Shown here one piece after another: positions 61,891 to 64,000 of a stretch of DNA of 64,000 nucleotides. Made by a program: the position numbers and the translations under genes. The stretch is from NCBI GenBank assembly GCA_963845755.1, contig CAWJTV010000020.1, positions 192,001 to 256,000 of the forward strand, written 5' to 3'. The notes beneath the pieces are model-generated. The model was not told where the DNA came from and made no database searches. It worked only from the letters and a program-made list of their open reading frames with translations. Positions within the stretch are counted from its first letter, which is position 1; each line of letters begins with the position of its first letter. The stretch comes from an uncultured Planctomycetota bacterium. GTDB lineage: Bacteria; Planctomycetota; Planctomycetia; Isosphaerales; Isosphaeraceae.

Positions 61891-64000
61891 TCACTCTCGT
61901 GTCACGAATTCATCCAGATTCAACAACACCCGCGCGACCGTGACCCATTCCGGCGGCACCGCGGGCGCGATCGTCGTCCCTGACTTGCTGCACTCGGCAC
62001 GGTCCTGGACCAGGACGCGTTCCACCGTTCCGAGCTCCTGGTCGGTCGGCGTCCGCGCCAGGCAGAGCAGGAATGCATGCCGGATTCGCTGGCGATCGGT
62101 CGCCGGCTCGGGTCGATCTTCGAGGATCCGGGCCGCGAGCCCGCCGGCAATCTCGACGAAGGCGGGGTCGTTGAGCAGGGTCAGCGCCTGGAGCGGGGTG
62201 TCGGATCGCAGCCGACGCGTGCAGGTCTGCACGCCTCCCGGGGCGTCGAAGGTGGTCAAGAACGGGTGCGGCGTCGCCCGCCAGAAGAAGGTATAGAGCC
62301 CGCGTCGGTAACGGTTCGGGCCGGTGTCCGCTTGCCACGGGCGTTTCATCTGGCCGAGGTTCATGACGCCGTCAGGCTGGGGTGGGAAGACGCTGGGACC
62401 GCCGATGATCCGCGTCAACAGTCCGCTGCTGGACAGGGCAGCGTCGCGGATCAGCTCGGCGTCCAGGCGAAGTCGCGATTGTCGCCAGAGCAATCGGTTG
62501 TCGGGATCGATCGCCTGAGCGTCGGGGCGAATCCGCGACGCCTGGCGGTAGGTGGCGGATTCCACGATCAGCCGATGGATGGCCTTGAGACTCCAGTCGC
62601 GATCGATCAGCTCGCAGGCCAGCCAGTCGAGCAGCTCGGGATGGCTCGGTGGCGAGCCCTGGGTCCCGAAGTCGTTATCTGTCTCGACCAGGCCGCGACC
62701 GAAATAGGCCTGCCAGATCCGGTTGACCGCCACGCGCGCGGCCAGGGGATTGCGCCGATCCACGAGCCAGTGGGCCAGGTCCATGCGATCCGGCGGGGTC
62801 CCGGGGCTGTCGGCGGTCATCGCGGGCAAGACCGCGGGTACGGCCGGCTCGACCCGCTCTCCTTTCCGCGTGAAATCGCCGCCGAGATGCACGAACGACT
62901 CGCGCGGCGGGCCCGGACGCTCCGAGACCACCATGGTCGTCACGAATTTCGGCAGGTCGTCGCGAAGCTTGGTGAGAGCCGCGTACTCGGTCTGTAATGC
63001 CGGGTCCTTCGCCATCATCAGCTCGATCATCGCGCGGCGCTGGGCGTGCGTGCGTTTCTCCCGCGGCGTGTCAAAGATCACCCGCACCTCTGCGGTCTGC
63101 GCCTGGGTGAATTCGAGCGTGACCGTGGACTCCCACCGACGCTCTCGCTCGTCGAGATCGGGATATCGCACGGCCAGGGTCTTGTGAAACGCATCGATCT
63201 GGACTCGGATCTTCTCGCGCCGGGACAGTTCCGCCGGGCTGGCGATCTCCAGGTCGGGCTCGTCCACGTTGTTGAAGAAGGCGAAGAGCCGGTAGTATTC
63301 GCGCTGGCGGATCGGGTCATACTTGTGATCGTGGCACTGGGCGCAGCCGATCGTCAGGCCGAGGAAGACGGTACCGGTGGTGTTGACCCGGTTGACGATC
63401 GACTCGATCCGGAATTGCTCGACATCGATCCCACCCTCCTGGTTGATCTGGGTATTCCGGTGGAACCCGGTCGCGATCCGCTGGGCGAACGAGGCGCCGG
63501 GCTGGAGGTCGCCGGCAATCTGATCGATGGCGAACCGATCGAACGGTAGATCGGCATTGAACGCGGCGATCACCCAGTCGCGGTATTTCCAGATCGCGCG
63601 GGGTGCGTCAATGTTGTAGCCGTTGGAATCGGCATATCGAGCCTGGTCGAGCCAGGGGCGTGACCATCGCTCGCCGAAGTGAGGGCAGCTCACCAGGCGA
63701 TCGACAAGCCGTTGATAGCGGTCCGGGGACTGATCGGTCAGGAAGGCGTCTCGCTCGACTGGCGAAGGGGGTAATCCGGTCACGTCGAGGCTCACCCGAC
63801 GCAGCAAGGTCGCCGGATCGGCCTCCGGTGACGGTGCCAGGCCGGCGCGTTCGAGCCGGGCCACGACGAACCGATCGATCGGATTGCGAACCCAATTCGT
63901 CAACCGCACATCGGGCGGCACTGGCCGCCGAGGAGGCAGGAACGCCCAGTGAGTCGTCGCGGGAGGTACTCCGGGCCGTTCACCGGCAACGCCACCGGCC
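61891..64000 (-). CDS. PSD1 / DUF1549-DUF1553 planctomycete cytochrome c domain protein (5' end outside window)
   Basis: HWAFLPP, NPIDRFV, WLDQARYADS, CAQCHDHKYDP, PSHPELLDWLA, RLDAELIRD, TPLQALTLLN. Confidence 0.93.
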   Translation of the reverse strand, partial: AGGVAGERPGVPPATTHWAFLPPRRPVPPDVRLTNWVRNPIDRFVVARLERAGLAPSPEADPATLLRRVSLDVTGLPPSPVERDAFLTDQSPDRYQRLVDRLVSCPHFGERWSRPWLDQARYADSNGYNIDAPRAIWKYRDWVIAAFNADLPFDRFAIDQIAGDLQPGASFAQRIATGFHRNTQINQEGGIDVEQFRIESIVNRVNTTGTVFLGLTIGCAQCHDHKYDPIRQREYYRLFAFFNNVDEPDLEIASPAELSRREKIRVQIDAFHKTLAVRYPDLDERERRWESTVTLEFTQAQTAEVRVIFDTPREKRTHAQRRAMIELMMAKDPALQTEYAALTKLRDDLPKFVTTMVVSERPGPPRESFVHLGGDFTRKGERVEPAVPAVLPAMTADSPGTPPDRMDLAHWLVDRRNPLAARVAVNRIWQAYFGRGLVETDNDFGTQGSPPSHPELLDWLACELIDRDWSLKAIHRLIVESATYRQASRIRPDAQAIDPDNRLLWRQSRLRLDAELIRDAALSSSGLLTRIIGGPSVFPPQPDGVMNLGQMKRPWQADTGPNRYRRGLYTFFWRATPHPFLTTFDAPGGVQTCTRRLRSDTPLQALTLLNDPAFVEIAGGLAARILEDRPEPATDRQRIRHAFLLCLARTPTDQELGTVERVLVQDRAECSKSGTTIAPAVPPEWVTVARVLLNLDEFVTRE

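Overview
GC-rich bacterial chromosomal window whose gene families point to Planctomycetota, probably Isosphaeraceae-like. These families are DUF1501 with PSD1/DUF1549-DUF1553, a membrane-anchored ECF sigma factor, a CRTAC1/ASPIC protein, a Ser/Thr kinase-TPR and a multiheme cytochrome-TPR. It holds about 40 CDSs, including hflKC, leuA, hslVU, an enolase-family gene, a fused E1/E2/SDR operon, ABC components and peptidases. It also has a DUF433/DUF5615 toxin-antitoxin pair, one complete IS630 element and several families of small palindromic or heptamer repeats. I recognised no rRNA, tRNA or CRISPR array. At least 13 genes carry 1-2 bp frameshifts, most likely assembly errors. The most notable unannotated signals are: (1) a secreted 19-Cys metallothionein-like mini-protein behind a Cys/Pro-rich leader ORF and a structured spacer; (2) a leucine-type attenuator (26-aa leader peptide, antiterminator, terminator) upstream of leuA; (3) a kinase paired with an active-site-altered enolase, plus other non-canonical catabolic enzymes; (4) an iteron-like palindromic array between the kinase gene and hslU; (5) an ABC ATPase with degenerate catalytic motifs beside a binding-protein-like gene, with no permease. 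All calls are from reading the sequence by eye; no searches were run.
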